A DNA stretch of 64,000 nucleotides from Desulfomonilia bacterium (GCA_050014195.1 JBEKDT010000002.1:288001-352000); one strand, 5' to 3'. Shown: positions 9,407-20,142, numbered from the stretch's first letter. A program made the numbers and translations. The notes: a model not told the origin generated them from the letters alone.

Positions 9407-11612
9407 TTTCCTTTCCCTTTACTGAAGTATCCAGGTTTTTCTCAATCTGTTCAGCCTCGTTGCTCTTCTCCCTGTAAAGGGCCTGTGACTTTTCATTCGT
9501 GTCGAGGATGTAGGGGGTGAGGAAGATATAGAGATTGGTCTTCGCACGGCTTCTGCTTATCGATTTGAAGAGATAGCCCAGAATTGGTATGTCTCCTAAC
9601 AGCGGCACCCGGGAATTGCCCAGCGTGAGGGTATCGCCGATCAGGCCGCCTATGACCATGGTGTAACCTTCATGAATTGTAACTGTAGCGCTGGCGGAGC
9701 GTTTCAATGTTGTTGGCGCGAAATCCTGAGCGCTCGTTGTACTTGATACAAGACTTGAACTTTCCGCGAAGAGCTTCAGCCGGATATCGCCCTGCTGATT
9801 GATCTGGGGTGTAAGCTTTAGATCAACGCCGACATCCCGATAATCATACGTGCGCTGTGTATTGTTGAGGTTACTCGAGTCGGTGTATGTATTCGTAAGA
9901 TAAGGGACATTGGAGCCCACTTTGATCTCGGCCTCCTGATTGTCCATGGTGAGGATCTGGGGCGTTGAAATGACGTTTACATCCGTATCGGTGGCCATGC
10001 CATTAATGAAGGCGGCCATGTTGGGGAATGTGAGCGTAGTGCTGCCTTGTTTGACAGTGATTTCCTGGCCTATGACACCCAGCAATGCGCCGGTCGGAAT
10101 GTTGGTTGTGCTGTTGATGAAGCTGCTCGCGGTTGTCCCAACGACCGCCCCTGTCTTGTTGCTGCTGTCATAATTGAAACTTGCGGCATAGTTCCACTCA
10201 ACCCCGAAATTCAGATCATGGGTAGTGTTCACCTCCATGATCAGCGCCTTTACATAGACCTGCTTCCGGGGGATATCGAGATACTTGATGGTCTCCAACA
10301 GGCTTTTGTAAGCATAAGGATCGGCATAGATGATAAGCGAGTTCGTCTCCTTGTCCGGGCTGATCTTGATGTTCTGCTCTTTTAAAGCGGGGTTCTGGGT
10401 CATCTTGGGCACCACCGGTTGTGCCCCTTTCTGGGCGCCCTGTCCGGCCTGTGGTGTTACCGGGGCCTCAGGATTTTCGGGAGTGGGTATCTCGGTTAAG
10501 ACCTTCGCCATGTCCTCTGCCTTGGCATACTGGAGATAGTAGACATGGATGTCTTCCTTCCCCGAGGGTGTGGGGATATCGAGCTTTTTGATGAGCTCTT
10601 CGATGCCGCCGAGGTCAGGTGGGGGTGCCATGACAATGAGGGAGTTTGTCCTCTCATAGGGGATGATCTTTGTTGTTGTCTTCGAACCGACATTCTCGGT
10701 AGGCTGGCGTAGCGCCCTCAACCTCTGCGCTTCATCCCCCTTACCCTCGGAGAGGATATCGTTTAGTTTAGAGGCCAGGTCCGTTGCCGAAGCGTAGGTG
10801 AGGGGGAATATTTTTACTTCCTGGGCAAAGCCCGCCATGTCGACCACCTTCAGGATATCCAGGATCTTCTTTATATTGCTCTTGGTATCCGTGACGATCA
10901 GCACATTGCTCTGGGGGTACGACAGGAGCTGGGACGAGGTCTTTGACATGAGCGGTGACAACAGATTTCTCATATCGTTGGCATCCGCAAATTTAAGCTG
11001 GATGATCTGTGTAATCATGGTATCGTCCCTCAGCATGGGCGGTTCCATGGTGGTCTCCAGGCTCTTGGTGATGGCATCGGAGGATCTGACAATCTTGATC
11101 ACCCCGCCCATCTCCACGGTACCGAAACCGTTCACCTCCAATACACTCAAGAATACCCGGTAGGCCTCATCAAGGGTCATCTTTCTCGGAGAGATCACCG
11201 TCACTTTTCCCGTGACCTTATCGTCAATGATGAAGTTTTTACCTGTGATGTCTGCGATGAATTTGATGAAAACCTTTATGTCCACACCATCGAAATCCAT
11301 GGTTATGAACTGCCCCCCGGAATCCGCAGTGTTCTTTGTTTTCGGCTGTCTTGTCGGTTGCGCAACTGAAGATGCAGGTGTCTTGTTTTGTAAAGTGGAG
11401 TTGGGTAGGTATGTACCCGGACCCTGGTCATCCGAATTCATATTCATCTTTGCAGGGCTTGGCGTATTGGTCTGGGCGGTATTCGTGCTCTGGGTGGTCT
11501 GTTTCTGAACGGGCAAAGTCCCATCATCCTGGATGAGACGGGCTCCCCACAATACGGAGAAGCACACAAGCAAGATCAGAACCGCAAGAGAAATGACCTT
11601 GTGTATATCCAT
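9387..11612 (-). CDS. gspD: Type II secretion secretin GspD
   Basis: N0 FDGVDIK..IADITGKNF, N-domain repeats, VPLLGDIPILGYLFK secretin motif. Confidence 0.93.
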   Translation of the reverse strand: MDIHKVISLAVLILLVCFSVLWGARLIQDDGTLPVQKQTTQSTNTAQTNTPSPAKMNMNSDDQGPGTYLPNSTLQNKTPASSVAQPTRQPKTKNTADSGGQFITMDFDGVDIKVFIKFIADITGKNFIIDDKVTGKVTVISPRKMTLDEAYRVFLSVLEVNGFGTVEMGGVIKIVRSSDAITKSLETTMEPPMLRDDTMITQIIQLKFADANDMRNLLSPLMSKTSSQLLSYPQSNVLIVTDTKSNIKKILDILKVVDMAGFAQEVKIFPLTYASATDLASKLNDILSEGKGDEAQRLRALRQPTENVGSKTTTKIIPYERTNSLIVMAPPPDLGGIEELIKKLDIPTPSGKEDIHVYYLQYAKAEDMAKVLTEIPTPENPEAPVTPQAGQGAQKGAQPVVPKMTQNPALKEQNIKISPDKETNSLIIYADPYAYKSLLETIKYLDIPRKQVYVKALIMEVNTTHDLNFGVEWNYAASFNYDSSNKTGAVVGTTASSFINSTTNIPTGALLGVIGQEITVKQGSTTLTFPNMAAFINGMATDTDVNVISTPQILTMDNQEAEIKVGSNVPYLTNTYTDSSNLNNTQRTYDYRDVGVDLKLTPQINQQGDIRLKLFAESSSLVSSTTSAQDFAPTTLKRSASATVTIHEGYTMVIGGLIGDTLTLGNSRVPLLGDIPILGYLFKSISRSRAKTNLYIFLTPYILDTNEKSQALYREKSNEAEQIEKNLDTSVKGKENDKNKP

Positions 11613-11628
11613 TATCCCCCCTTATACA

Positions 11629-12348
11629 TCACTGCGCGCGAATGATTCCCTTGAAATCCTTATCTTCCTTGAGCGAAGCCAAATCGGGATCGCGGCCCGC
11701 CCAAAGCCTTGCCTCCGGCTGCATGCTGCAAGCCTGGCGCAAAGATGATAGCGCTGCATCCTTCTTCTTTAGTCTCGCATAGGCACAAGCCATGTTGTAG
11801 ATCGGCTCCACATAGTCCATCGAGTTTCTTCGAGCCTGGATGAAATAGTTAAGCGCCTTTGCAGGATCTCCTTTAGCTAATAGCACACTTCCTATATTAT
11901 TCAATAACCGTGCATCGTTCGGCTTAAGTTTTCTGGCGCTCGAATAGGTTTCAAACGCCTTATCATAAAGCTTGGTTTCATAATAGATGCTTCCAAGCTT
12001 CAGATACGCCTCAGCCAACCCTGGAGATAAAGAGATGATCTGCGTATATACATCGATAGCCCTCAGCATCTCACCCTTGGTATGCAGCCTCTCGGCCTTA
12101 TTCATGAGGTCCATGATCCGTTCAGGGTTTGCCTGCGGCTGCTTAATGACCTGCAGGGGCACAGTCCTGGCCTTACCCACGACACCGACTCCGTAGAGTA
12201 AGGCCGTGGTGGCTGCCGAGCTGATGAGTATGGCCGCGGCTAAGATCCAGAAGATTCTGCGCGCCTGGATGCCTTGGGGTGCATGGGCGCCGGATGCAAC
12301 GGGCCTGTTCACCTGGGTTCTCTTAAGGGCCTCATATATGGAGCTCAT
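11629..12348 (-). CDS. Membrane-anchored TPR protein with GspB/ExeB-like N-terminus
   Basis: MSSIYEALKR start, one TM segment, TPR repeats, YNMACAYA...DPDLASL tail. Confidence 0.7.
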   Translation of the reverse strand: MSSIYEALKRTQVNRPVASGAHAPQGIQARRIFWILAAAILISSAATTALLYGVGVVGKARTVPLQVIKQPQANPERIMDLMNKAERLHTKGEMLRAIDVYTQIISLSPGLAEAYLKLGSIYYETKLYDKAFETYSSARKLKPNDARLLNNIGSVLLAKGDPAKALNYFIQARRNSMDYVEPIYNMACAYARLKKKDAALSSLRQACSMQPEARLWAGRDPDLASLKEDKDFKGIIRAQ

Positions 12349-13901
12349 TTGGCACCTTCCGAGATGCTCCGCAAAAGCACCATGGTCTCCGGTCCTGCAA
12401 CACCGTCCCTCCTGAGCCCGAAGGCCTCCTGGAATTTCTCCACGCCCTGTGAGGTCTCAACCCCGTAGACGCCGTCAGGGGTGATGGAGAGCATGCCGAG
12501 GCGGGTAAGAACATTTTGTATCTTTTCCACGTCGTTACCGGTCATATCAAGGCTGTACACGATCTCGTGCAACGGTTTAGCATAGGGGACCATAATATTC
12601 CAGCGGTAGAGGCTTATAAATTCATTCATGGGGATTTCGATTATTGCCCGCTTCATACCTACAACCCGGACGAATGAGGCATCTGCTTTGAGCATGACGA
12701 GATATCCCCCGTCCATTGAGACTATTGCCGGGGATGGGAGATACTTGAGATATTCCGGCTGGGGATGAAGATTCAATGCATCGGGCCCGGCAAGTCCTTC
12801 CGGCAGCTGGCTTAAGATATCAAGGGCAGCGTTATAATCCGGCATTATCCAATCCTTGGAGTTATGCTTCGGCACTGTGTGGACCGGTGCAGCCGCATTC
12901 CGGTCCGCTTCAAGTGCAACCGAGGCCTCCTGGATTGCCGGCATTATCTTCTCATCTTTGGCGCTTACCTTAGTGCCCACCATCTCGGAGAGGTGTGAAA
13001 AGAATGCGGGCCAGAGGATGACAGCCGCTAGAACAGCCAGGGCGCTGAGCACCGGCACGATGTATGCGGGCTTGATCCTGCGTTTCGTGTAGTTTCCTTC
13101 AAGCTCGTGGATGGCACTTGATACTATTCGTGCAGTAATCCGTTTTGTGGACCGTAAATATGCAATGAGCAGCGAGCGCTCCGCAACCGCATTGATCTTC
13201 CTTGGTATGCCTTGGGAATAGCGATAAATGAGTCTCAATGCCAAGGCTGAAAAGGTGATATCTCCGTGGGAGCCCGATATAATGAGCCGGTGAATAATAT
13301 AACTCTTCGTGTCCAAGAGGCTCAAGGCCCAGATGTGGTATCGCAGTACGATTCGATCATTGATCTGTTTCATGGCAGGTGATGCCAGGAGCTTTACGAG
13401 CTCGGGCTGGCCGACAAGCACGATCTGGAGAAGTTTCTCCTTCTCAGTCTCGAGGTTCGAGAGCATGCGGATCTGCTCCAGGACGTCAGGCGAGAGGTTT
13501 TGACACTCGTCGATTATGAGCACGGCATTCTCGCCTGCGATAAACACATTGATGAGAAATTCATAGAGCTCATCGAGCAAGGCCTTTTTGGAGGTATGTG
13601 ATGCATTGATGCCGAAATCCTGGTTGATGGTCTGAAGGAGCTCGATGTCTGAAAGGGCAGGATTCAATATAAGCGCCGTACGAACCGTTTTGGGCAGGTT
13701 TCCAAGCAGGGCCCTGCATATGGTAGTCTTGCCGGCGCCCACCTCTCCGGTGATCATTATGAAGCCTTTGCGCTGGTCTATCCCGTAGCGAAGGTATGAT
13801 AACGACTCCTCGTGCGCCTTGGACAGAAAGAGGAACTTCGGGTCCGGGGTTACATTGAAAGGGTTCTCTGATAGACCGAAGAATTTCTCAAACATACTCA
13901 T
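12345..13901 (-). CDS. gspA: ExeA/GspA AAA ATPase with C-terminal peptidoglycan-binding domain
   Basis: FGLSENPF..TPDP, GEVGAGKTT, IIDECQNL, LVGQPEL, FQ..FGL..DGVAGPET. Confidence 0.85.
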   Translation of the reverse strand: MSMFEKFFGLSENPFNVTPDPKFLFLSKAHEESLSYLRYGIDQRKGFIMITGEVGAGKTTICRALLGNLPKTVRTALILNPALSDIELLQTINQDFGINASHTSKKALLDELYEFLINVFIAGENAVLIIDECQNLSPDVLEQIRMLSNLETEKEKLLQIVLVGQPELVKLLASPAMKQINDRIVLRYHIWALSLLDTKSYIIHRLIISGSHGDITFSALALRLIYRYSQGIPRKINAVAERSLLIAYLRSTKRITARIVSSAIHELEGNYTKRRIKPAYIVPVLSALAVLAAVILWPAFFSHLSEMVGTKVSAKDEKIMPAIQEASVALEADRNAAAPVHTVPKHNSKDWIMPDYNAALDILSQLPEGLAGPDALNLHPQPEYLKYLPSPAIVSMDGGYLVMLKADASFVRVVGMKRAIIEIPMNEFISLYRWNIMVPYAKPLHEIVYSLDMTGNDVEKIQNVLTRLGMLSITPDGVYGVETSQGVEKFQEAFGLRRDGVAGPETMVLLRSISEGAK

Positions 13902-13919
13902 CCGCTCCCGGCCATACCG

Positions 13920-14777
13920 TCACTTGAGCGGCACGCTTAACGTGGTGGTTGTGCCTTGCCGTTCGATCTCCATTTGCACGTTTGTATTGTTCTGGAGCTC
14001 CTGGTAGGCACTCAGTGCATCCTGCGGGGTGCGGATAGGGACGCCGTTGATGGACTTGATGATATCGCCTGTACGTACACCAAGTTCGTAGATCTTTGCC
14101 CCTTCCGCCACATCGCTCACCCTGAACCCATAGGGCTGACCTCCGCGGTAGTAGGGGACCACCCTGGCGTTCCCGAGAAGCTGGTCCATGTTTTTCATGG
14201 CCTCCGGGATCCCGCCGGCGTTCGCCGATGAGGATGCCCCGGCGGATCGAGGTCTCCTGGGCTCCCTCCCCATTCCTGCCCTGGATGCGAGACCCTGCCC
14301 GGACTTTGTCTCTTCCACCACGAGCATCTGCTGCTGGCCGTTCACATCCATTATTACCTTGTTTCTGAATATTGCAATGAGCCTTGCCCCTTTGACGGTA
14401 TCGCCGATCCGGTAGAGCTTCTGATCGTTCGACTCTTCGATGATGGCCCGGGCGATCTCGCTGGGACCGGTTATGGTGCCTCTGAGGGCAAGTCCCATTT
14501 CAGCGAGCGGTCTTTCCACATCACCCGTGATTGATTGCCCCTGACCCGCCGGACCCGCCTTGGCAACCTTGAGGAGGTCCCGGGTTGTGATGACCTCGTA
14601 GGTATTCCTGGTCTTTGGCTGTTTGTTGTGGTGTATGCTTGCCACCTCGGTCACCTTTTGGGGACGCGGGGGTTCATAGAGGATATGGCCTATGATGGCG
14701 GTGATAATCCCGGCTATCACCCATACGAACAAGGTGATCATTACAATTGCGGCGATCAGCTTATAGCGTTTGTCCAT
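13920..14777 (-). CDS. gspC: Type II secretion protein GspC (TM, HR and PDZ domains)
   Basis: N-terminal TM; L.GT...AII..Y.IGD HR domain; GVRTGDIIKSING PDZ. Confidence 0.85.
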   Translation of the reverse strand: MDKRYKLIAAIVMITLFVWVIAGIITAIIGHILYEPPRPQKVTEVASIHHNKQPKTRNTYEVITTRDLLKVAKAGPAGQGQSITGDVERPLAEMGLALRGTITGPSEIARAIIEESNDQKLYRIGDTVKGARLIAIFRNKVIMDVNGQQQMLVVEETKSGQGLASRAGMGREPRRPRSAGASSSANAGGIPEAMKNMDQLLGNARVVPYYRGGQPYGFRVSDVAEGAKIYELGVRTGDIIKSINGVPIRTPQDALSAYQELQNNTNVQMEIERQGTTTTLSVPLK

Positions 14778-14784
14778 CTATTCC

Positions 14785-16803
14785 CTAGACCTTGTCGAAT
14801 CCGGAGAACCTCATAGAAAAGCTCCCCCTTCCACGGGTCAATGATCTAAGAACGGTTGAATAGCCGAAGGTGTTCGAGAGGGGTACATATGCCTTTACCT
14901 GGTGATATTTCCCCTTGGTGATAACACCTTCGATGCTGGCCTTCCTGGACGATAGATCACCCACAACATCTCCCACATAGTCTTCAGGTGAAAGTGCGTC
15001 AAGCTCCATGATGGGTTCAAGCTGGACCACGCCTGATTTTTTCATGGCATCCTGGAGCGCCATCTGAGTGGCAATTTTAAGGCCTTGCCCGGTGGTCTTG
15101 TCGGTGAGGGCAACCTTGTCCACGTGCACATGAATGTCCACCACCTCGTAACCATATTCCGGATCCGCCAGGCAAGCCTCCTCAAGGCCGTTCATGACAT
15201 GCCCCTTCAAGCCGTCTTCAAGGGCCTGGTCCACGATGAACATATTGCCGCTGCCTCTCTTGGCGGGTTTTATGTTCAGCTCCACATGGCCGTAATGGGC
15301 AGTCTCACCGATGAGTTTGTCAAAGATCTTCTCGGCCTGAGACGGCTTATCGATGGTGGCGCAATAGAGCACCTGGGGCTTGCCCACATTGATGTCCACT
15401 CCAAAGGCGGTCTTGAAGCGATCGAGGGCGATCTCAAGGTGAAGCTCTCCCATACCTGCAAGTATGACCTGGCCGGTATCCGGATCTTCATGCACCTTGA
15501 TGGTGGGGTCTTCCTCCATGATCTTGCGCATGGCATCCAAGAGACGCTCGGATGATTCCGATGTCTTGGGTTCAATGGCTACCGATATGACGGGTTTCTG
15601 AACATCGATAGCCTCAAGGACCAGTGATTCACCCTCGGATGCAATGGTGTCGCCAGTTACGGAATCCTTCATGCCCACTGCTGCAACGATGTCGCCTGCA
15701 GAGGCCTGCTCAATGCGCTGCTTTTGGTGTGCATGCATGGAGAAGAGACGTGCGATCTTCTCGGACACCTCCCGGGTGGTATTGTATACCTCATCACCCA
15801 CATGGAGCATGCCGGAATATATTCTCAAATATACCATCCTCCTGCCCTCATCCATGTACACCTTGAATACATATGCGACAAGAGGCCCTTTGGGGTCCGG
15901 ATGGATGGGGACCTCTTCGAGAGTTTTCTTTACATGGGCGGTTACAGGCCTCACTTCCAGCGGCGAAGGCAGGTAGTCGATCACGGCATCGATCAGGGGC
16001 TGGATTCCCTTGTTCTTCAGTGCGGAGCCGCACAACACAGGCACAAGTGTGCCGTCAATGGCGGTTTTGCGAATGGCCTGCTTTATCTTTTTCTCATCCG
16101 GCTTCTCGCCTGCAAGAAACTTCTCCATGATCTCGTCGTCAAAGTCGGCAAGTTTCTCCAGCATCTTCTCCCGTGCAAGGGCTGCCTCCTGGAGGTGATC
16201 TTCAGGGACCTCAGAAGCCACAAAATTGGCCCCAAGGGTGTCATCGTCCCATACAAGCCTTTGCATGGAGACAAGATCGATCACCCCTTTAAAGGTGTCC
16301 CCCTCATAATAAGGGATCTGGATAGGCAGCGGTGTCACCTCCAGCCGGGTCTTGATCTGACCCAATACGGCATTGAAGTCGGCACCGGGACGGTCCAGTT
16401 TGTTGATAAAGGCCATGGCAGACACATGGTATTTTCTGGACTGCTGCCAGACGGTCTCGGTCTGGGCTTCTACGCCTCCTACGGCGCAAAGGATCACCAC
16501 CGCCCCGTCGAGTACCCGTAATGAGCGCTCCACCTCGATGGTGAAGTCGACATGGCCGGGTGTGTCGATGATGTGGATGTCGTGGTTGTTCCATTCACAG
16601 GTAGTCACCGCAGAGGTTATCGTGATGCCGCGCTCCTGCTCCTGCGGCATCCAGTCCATAGTGGCCTGGCCGTCGTGTACCTCGCCCATGCGGTGGATCT
16701 TGCCGGTATAGAAGAGCACACGTTCCGTTACTGTGGTCTTGCCGGCATCGATATGGGCTACGAAACCGATGTTCCTCACCCTGGCCAGATTCCTTGTTTT
16801 CAT
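14785..16803 (-). CDS. fusA: Elongation factor G paralogue (divergent domain IV)
   Basis: AHIDAGKTT, RGITI, DTPGH, NKLD, GMGELHLE; not in an str operon; start set at MKTRN. Confidence 0.9.
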   Translation of the reverse strand: MKTRNLARVRNIGFVAHIDAGKTTVTERVLFYTGKIHRMGEVHDGQATMDWMPQEQERGITITSAVTTCEWNNHDIHIIDTPGHVDFTIEVERSLRVLDGAVVILCAVGGVEAQTETVWQQSRKYHVSAMAFINKLDRPGADFNAVLGQIKTRLEVTPLPIQIPYYEGDTFKGVIDLVSMQRLVWDDDTLGANFVASEVPEDHLQEAALAREKMLEKLADFDDEIMEKFLAGEKPDEKKIKQAIRKTAIDGTLVPVLCGSALKNKGIQPLIDAVIDYLPSPLEVRPVTAHVKKTLEEVPIHPDPKGPLVAYVFKVYMDEGRRMVYLRIYSGMLHVGDEVYNTTREVSEKIARLFSMHAHQKQRIEQASAGDIVAAVGMKDSVTGDTIASEGESLVLEAIDVQKPVISVAIEPKTSESSERLLDAMRKIMEEDPTIKVHEDPDTGQVILAGMGELHLEIALDRFKTAFGVDINVGKPQVLYCATIDKPSQAEKIFDKLIGETAHYGHVELNIKPAKRGSGNMFIVDQALEDGLKGHVMNGLEEACLADPEYGYEVVDIHVHVDKVALTDKTTGQGLKIATQMALQDAMKKSGVVQLEPIMELDALSPEDYVGDVVGDLSSRKASIEGVITKGKYHQVKAYVPLSNTFGYSTVLRSLTRGRGSFSMRFSGFDKV

Positions 16804-16823
16804 CGGACTGCTCACACTCCCTA

Positions 16824-17621
16824 TTATACACAAAGATCTATATCGTATACATATTTCATTTCATGTCCGAGGAAGTGCTCGCCAAGCTCGATGAACCTCG
16901 GTGATGAGTCTGAAAGGTAATAGGTGATTTCTCGGCTTTCAGAACGGTCATTCGCAGGCCCCACGATCTCCTTGACCACCCGCGCAGTGGAGAGCGCAGA
17001 GTCCACGATGGCAACGCCGTTGCCCATAACTTTTACAAGGACACCTTTGAGCAGAGGATAATGGGTGCAACCCAGCAGCAAGGTATCAATTTTGGAATGT
17101 ATGAGATCTTTCAAGTATCGCCTGGCTACCTGCTCGGTGATTTCATCGTCGAACCAACCTTCCTCCACCAGTGGCACGAACAGGGGGCATGCCTGGGGAA
17201 AAATCTCCAGTCCCGGCTTCAAGCCCAGAATAGTCTTCTCATAGGCACGGCTCATGATGGTGGCCGAGGTTCCGACAACGCCTATCCTGCTGACAGCGCA
17301 CTCTATTGCTGCCCTGGCACCGGCCTCCACCACGCCGACGACCGGTATGTTGAATTCCTCCTTCAGTGCGGGTACGGCATGGGCGCTGGCCGTATTGCAG
17401 GCGATCACCAGCATGTCGATGTCCATTGAGGCAAGAAACCGGGCGCACTGGAGGCTGTAGCTGATAATGGTCTTGGGCGACTTGGTGCCGTAGGGCAGCC
17501 GCGCCGTATCCCCGAGATAGACCATGTCCACACCGGGGACCAGCTCAAGGAGACAGTTGAGTACCGTGAGCCCCCCTATCCCTGAATCAAACACACCGAT
17601 ACGCGAGATCTTTTTTTTCAT
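16824..17621 (-). CDS. murI: Glutamate racemase
   Basis: FDSGIGGLTV, IACNTA, LGCTHYP. Confidence 0.97.
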   Translation of the reverse strand: MKKKISRIGVFDSGIGGLTVLNCLLELVPGVDMVYLGDTARLPYGTKSPKTIISYSLQCARFLASMDIDMLVIACNTASAHAVPALKEEFNIPVVGVVEAGARAAIECAVSRIGVVGTSATIMSRAYEKTILGLKPGLEIFPQACPLFVPLVEEGWFDDEITEQVARRYLKDLIHSKIDTLLLGCTHYPLLKGVLVKVMGNGVAIVDSALSTARVVKEIVGPANDRSESREITYYLSDSSPRFIELGEHFLGHEMKYVYDIDLCV

Positions 17622-17669
17622 GAAATAATCAGCTTCCCCGCATTCTGTGCAGCTAAAAAATTGGTTATT

Positions 17670-17698
17670 TGTCTAGTGCTTTTGCCGGGTGCTGTCAA
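17670..17698 (-). promoter_or_regulatory. Putative sigma-70 promoter of the murI-fusA-gsp-radA run
   Basis: TTGACA-N17-TAGACA. Confidence 0.5.
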
Positions 17699-17765
17699 GA
17701 AAAGTCGAAGGGATTTAGGTTTACGGAAAAACAGAATTGCAAAGGCATAAGGGTATCGAGCGACA

Positions 17766-17860
17766 AATGATCAGTGAGCAGTAACCAGAAAAGAAGTGAC
17801 TAGTGATGAGTGAATAGTGACTGAACCTGTACCTACCTCATTAACTGATCACCATTCACT
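17766..17860. repeat. Degenerate 7-bp tandem repeats with a partial inverted arm
   Basis: AGTGACT AGTGATG AGTGAAT AGTGACT at 17795-17822; related units at 17766-17786; reverse units ending ATTCACT at 17860. Confidence 0.65.
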
Positions 17861-17930
17861 TTTCCAGTAGCAACACAAACGTGCATTGAGGTATAAGTCC
17901 CCCCAATCTTCACATATGCCTGGAGGAAGT

Positions 17931-19184
17931 ATGGAACACTGCATCGGGATCATCGGACTCGGGTATGTAGGGCTACCCTTGGCAGTAGAGTTCGGCAAGA
18001 AATACCCGACCGTGGGGTTTGATATTAGTGATAAACGTATTTCAGAGCTCATAGCCTTCACGGACAGGACCCAGGAGGTGACCAGCGATGAGCTGAAGGC
18101 TGTTACCCATTTAAGTTACACAACAGACCCCGAAGGCCTGAAGTCCTGCAATACCTATATCGTGACCGTGCCCACCCCCATTGATTCCCACAACAGGCCT
18201 GACATCACCTTGCTGCTCAAGGCAAGCGCCGCCATAGGCTCTGTCATCAAAAAGGGTGATATCGTCATCTACGAATCCACCGTCTATCCGGGTGCCACTG
18301 AAGAAGATTGCGTCCCGGTTATTGAGAAGACATCGGGTATGAAATACAATCGCGATTTCTACTGCGGATACAGCCCGGAGCGTATCAACCCCGGGGACAA
18401 GGCACATCGTGTAACAAACATCAAAAAGGTCACATCAGGCTCCACCCCTGAGGTGGCCAAGATAATCGATGATCTCTACAGCTCAATCATCACCGCGGGC
18501 ACCCACCTTGCTCCTTCTATTAAAGTAGCTGAGGCCGCCAAGGTCATTGAAAATGCCCAGCGTGACATCAACATTGCCTTTGTCAATGAGCTGGCCATGA
18601 TCTTTGCCCGCATGGGAATCAGGACCGCTGATGTGCTCAAGGCGGCCGGGACTAAGTGGAACTTCCTGCCGTTCTTGCCGGGGCTGGTGGGAGGACATTG
18701 CATAGGCGTTGACCCCTACTACCTGACCCATAAGGCCGAAAGTCTCGGGTACATACCCCAGGTGATCCTCGCAGGCCGCAGGATCAACGACGGCATGGGC
18801 AGGTATGTGGCCACCCAGCTCATCAAGATGATGATCAAGAAATGCCACCGCATCACAGATACCAAGATCCTCGTACTCGGCATCACCTTCAAGGAGAACT
18901 GCCCGGACATCAGGAACTCCAGGGTGATCGATGTGATCGCCCAGCTCAAGGACTTCGACTGCAAGGTAGAGGTGTACGACCCTGTAGCGGACCCTGATGA
19001 AGTGGAGCGAGAGTACGGCATTGACATACTGACCCGTCAAGAACAGCTCACCGCCTATGAGGGCATAATAGTGGCCGTGGCCCATGATGAGTTCAGGACC
19101 CTTGACTTAAACAGGCTCAAGGCCAATGGCTGTGTCGTCTACGACGTGAAAAATATTTATGCAGATGCGAATGCCTCACTCTGA
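17931..19184 (+). CDS. UDP-N-acetylhexosamine 6-dehydrogenase (TviB/WbpO-like)
   Basis: [48 protein letters not shown]; GGAGG SD. Confidence 0.9.
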   Translation: MEHCIGIIGLGYVGLPLAVEFGKKYPTVGFDISDKRISELIAFTDRTQEVTSDELKAVTHLSYTTDPEGLKSCNTYIVTVPTPIDSHNRPDITLLLKASAAIGSVIKKGDIVIYESTVYPGATEEDCVPVIEKTSGMKYNRDFYCGYSPERINPGDKAHRVTNIKKVTSGSTPEVAKIIDDLYSSIITAGTHLAPSIKVAEAAKVIENAQRDINIAFVNELAMIFARMGIRTADVLKAAGTKWNFLPFLPGLVGGHCIGVDPYYLTHKAESLGYIPQVILAGRRINDGMGRYVATQLIKMMIKKCHRITDTKILVLGITFKENCPDIRNSRVIDVIAQLKDFDCKVEVYDPVADPDEVEREYGIDILTRQEQLTAYEGIIVAVAHDEFRTLDLNRLKANGCVVYDVKNIYADANASL

Positions 19185-19678
19185 TGATAATGAAGCGGAT
19201 CGGCGTTTTATCAGATACCCATTTGAAGGGCCCGGATGCATTCCTTGAGGAGATCGTATCCAATCATTTTGCAGATGTGGATCTCATCGTCCATGCTGGA
19301 GACATGGTAAGCCTTAATGTACTGGATGTGTTCGCCCGGATGGATAAAGAAGTAGTGGCAGTATGTGGGAACATGGATGGCTATGATGTGAGGGGATCAT
19401 TTCCAGCCTCGCATACGCTCGTCATTGAAGGACTGTCCATCGGCATCATCCACGGCTGGGGGTCGCCCGTGGGTATCAGACGACGCATCATGAATTCATT
19501 CAAGAAGGTGGATGCCGTCATCTATGGGCATACCCATGAAGGGTTCTCAGATACTGAGGCCGGTATTTTCTTCTTCAATCCGGGATCACCTACTGACTCT
19601 CGATTTACAAGCCGCAGGTCAATAGGTATAATAACCATCCATAAACATACTATTGGTGGAGAGCTTATACCATTATGA
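19184..19678 (+). CDS. YfcE/MJ0936-family metallophosphoesterase
   Basis: SDTH, HAGD, GNMD, HG, YGHTH, NPGS. Confidence 0.9.
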   Translation: MIMKRIGVLSDTHLKGPDAFLEEIVSNHFADVDLIVHAGDMVSLNVLDVFARMDKEVVAVCGNMDGYDVRGSFPASHTLVIEGLSIGIIHGWGSPVGIRRRIMNSFKKVDAVIYGHTHEGFSDTEAGIFFFNPGSPTDSRFTSRRSIGIITIHKHTIGGELIPL

Positions 19679-20142
19679 ACAATATCTGGGCTCCATGGCG
19701 GGTGGAATACATAACGAGTTCGAAAGACCAGTCCTGCATCTTCTGCTCGGCCCACAAGGACAGGGACGATCTCATCATCACCTCGGGCAAGCTGTGTTTC
19801 GCCTTAATGAACCGCTTCCCCTACACCACCGGTCACTGTATGGTGGCCCCATACAGGCATGTGGGAGAATTCACTGAGCTGACTTCGGAAGAACTCTCGG
19901 AGATCATGGCCACGGCCCAGGCTATTGTTAAGGCAACCCGCGCTGCGTTGACGCCTGAAGGGTTCAATGTGGGTTTCAATATGGGCACCGTCGCCGGAGC
20001 CGGGATTGCAGACCACCTGCACATGCATATCGTTCCACGATGGAAGGGTGATACCAACTTCATGCCGGTCTTAGGCGATGTTCATATCATCTCGGAACAT
20101 ATCGAGAAGACCCGTGATAAGATCAAAAGGAATCTCCCTTGA
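19675..20142 (+). CDS. HIT-family nucleotide hydrolase
   Basis: WAPWR, CIFC, NRFPY..GH, HLHMHIVPRW. Confidence 0.92.
   Translation: MNNIWAPWRVEYITSSKDQSCIFCSAHKDRDDLIITSGKLCFALMNRFPYTTGHCMVAPYRHVGEFTELTSEELSEIMATAQAIVKATRAALTPEGFNVGFNMGTVAGAGIADHLHMHIVPRWKGDTNFMPVLGDVHIISEHIEKTRDKIKRNLP

Noticed and set aside
17766-17860. CRISPR array
   Set aside because: 7-bp degenerate units without spacers; no cas genes
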